From: Eledone cirrhosa
Taxonomy: Eukaryota
Reading direction: 5' to 3'
NCBI GenBank assembly: GCA_964016885.1
Contig: OZ024743.1
Span: 313,100,001 to 313,164,000 of the forward strand
Length of the DNA: 64,000 nucleotides
Shown here piece by piece: positions 63,423-64,000 of the stretch. The notes under the pieces were generated by a model, which was given only the letters and a program-made list of their open reading frames with translations, was not told where the DNA came from and searched no databases. The position numbers and the translations under genes are program-made. The number at the start of each line of letters is the position of its first letter. Positions within the stretch are counted from its first letter, which is position 1.

Positions 63423-63523
63423 TAATTGTTTCTACGTTAGGCACAAGGCCAGCAATTACCCAGTGTATTACTGGTACTTTATTTTATCGACCCCGTAAGG
63501 ATGAAAGGCAAAGTTAACCTCGA
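63423..63523 (-). mobile_element. 3' half of SINE, abutting a Tx1 3' end
   Basis: Family of 10543-10729; stops at cgaggttaac, just downstream of the B-box position. Confidence 0.8.
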
Positions 63524-64000
63524 CAATGCTTTCTTTATTAACCACAAGAGTTTACATAAAGTAGACATTAAGGACAGTACAGGACAATACTGGACGGTAC
63601 AAAAGGGCATTTCTGCGTGTAAAAAAAACAAAAACAGAAGATGTAATAATAGAACAATGAAAAATTTCCCAATAGGGGGGAGACTTCCGAGGGACATTCG
63701 TGGAGAATGCCCATTAAAAAGCCACAGTGACCCTGACCACCAGGGCAAGTGCCCTCTCCCAGTTTTCCACCTTTAATTTACAGACACATACTCAGAGTAG
63801 GCCCATTCACTCGGGCCATTCTTGCCTCTCTCACCCATCTTTCAACAAAATGCTGGGAAGAGAGCACTTCCCTCTCTACCCTGATTTTCCTTTTCAAATG
63901 AAATTTGAAAAAGTTAATCAGGGCATCACCGAAGAGGTAAGTGCTCGTCTTCAGCCCTTTCAAACGTGTCCACCATACTATCTCTTTCGCCATGGCCACC
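63524..64000 (-). mobile_element. Third Tx1-type LINE, 3' end (runs off the window)
   Basis: MAKEIVWWTRLKGL...ERWVREARMARVNGPTL matches the ORF2 C-termini at 44141 and 49028; 3' UTR ends AATAAAGAAA. Confidence 0.9.

Overview
Eukaryotic, AT-rich and extremely repeat-dense animal DNA. The SINE families and the (TA)n/(CA)n abundance point to an octopod cephalopod (inference from repeat resemblance). Almost all long ORFs in the supplied track are microsatellite artefacts or transposon remnants. I can thread six small phase-compatible GT-AG exons of an unidentified host gene on the + strand (1-45, 3893-3965, 53178-53302, 54394-54549, 55514-55609, 55695-55736), implying an intron of up to ~49 kb packed with mobile DNA. 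Mobile DNA in the window includes Tx1/L1-type LINEs (one with an intact ORF2), RTE LINEs (two with a PHD-like finger after the RT), CR1, CRE- and R4-type remnants, Penelope-like elements (one Naiad-type), two Helitrons (one keeping a spliced STPR-repeat N-terminus), hAT/Buster and Tc1/mariner relics, MITEs and tRNA-derived SINEs. The most striking non-coding signal is a set of minimal hammerhead ribozymes. Six copies sit in a non-coding tandem/inverted 'retrozyme-like' family, two belong to other families, and two Penelope pseudo-LTRs share a non-canonical core (CAGUUGA). No CRISPR, rRNA or bona fide tRNA gene was seen.
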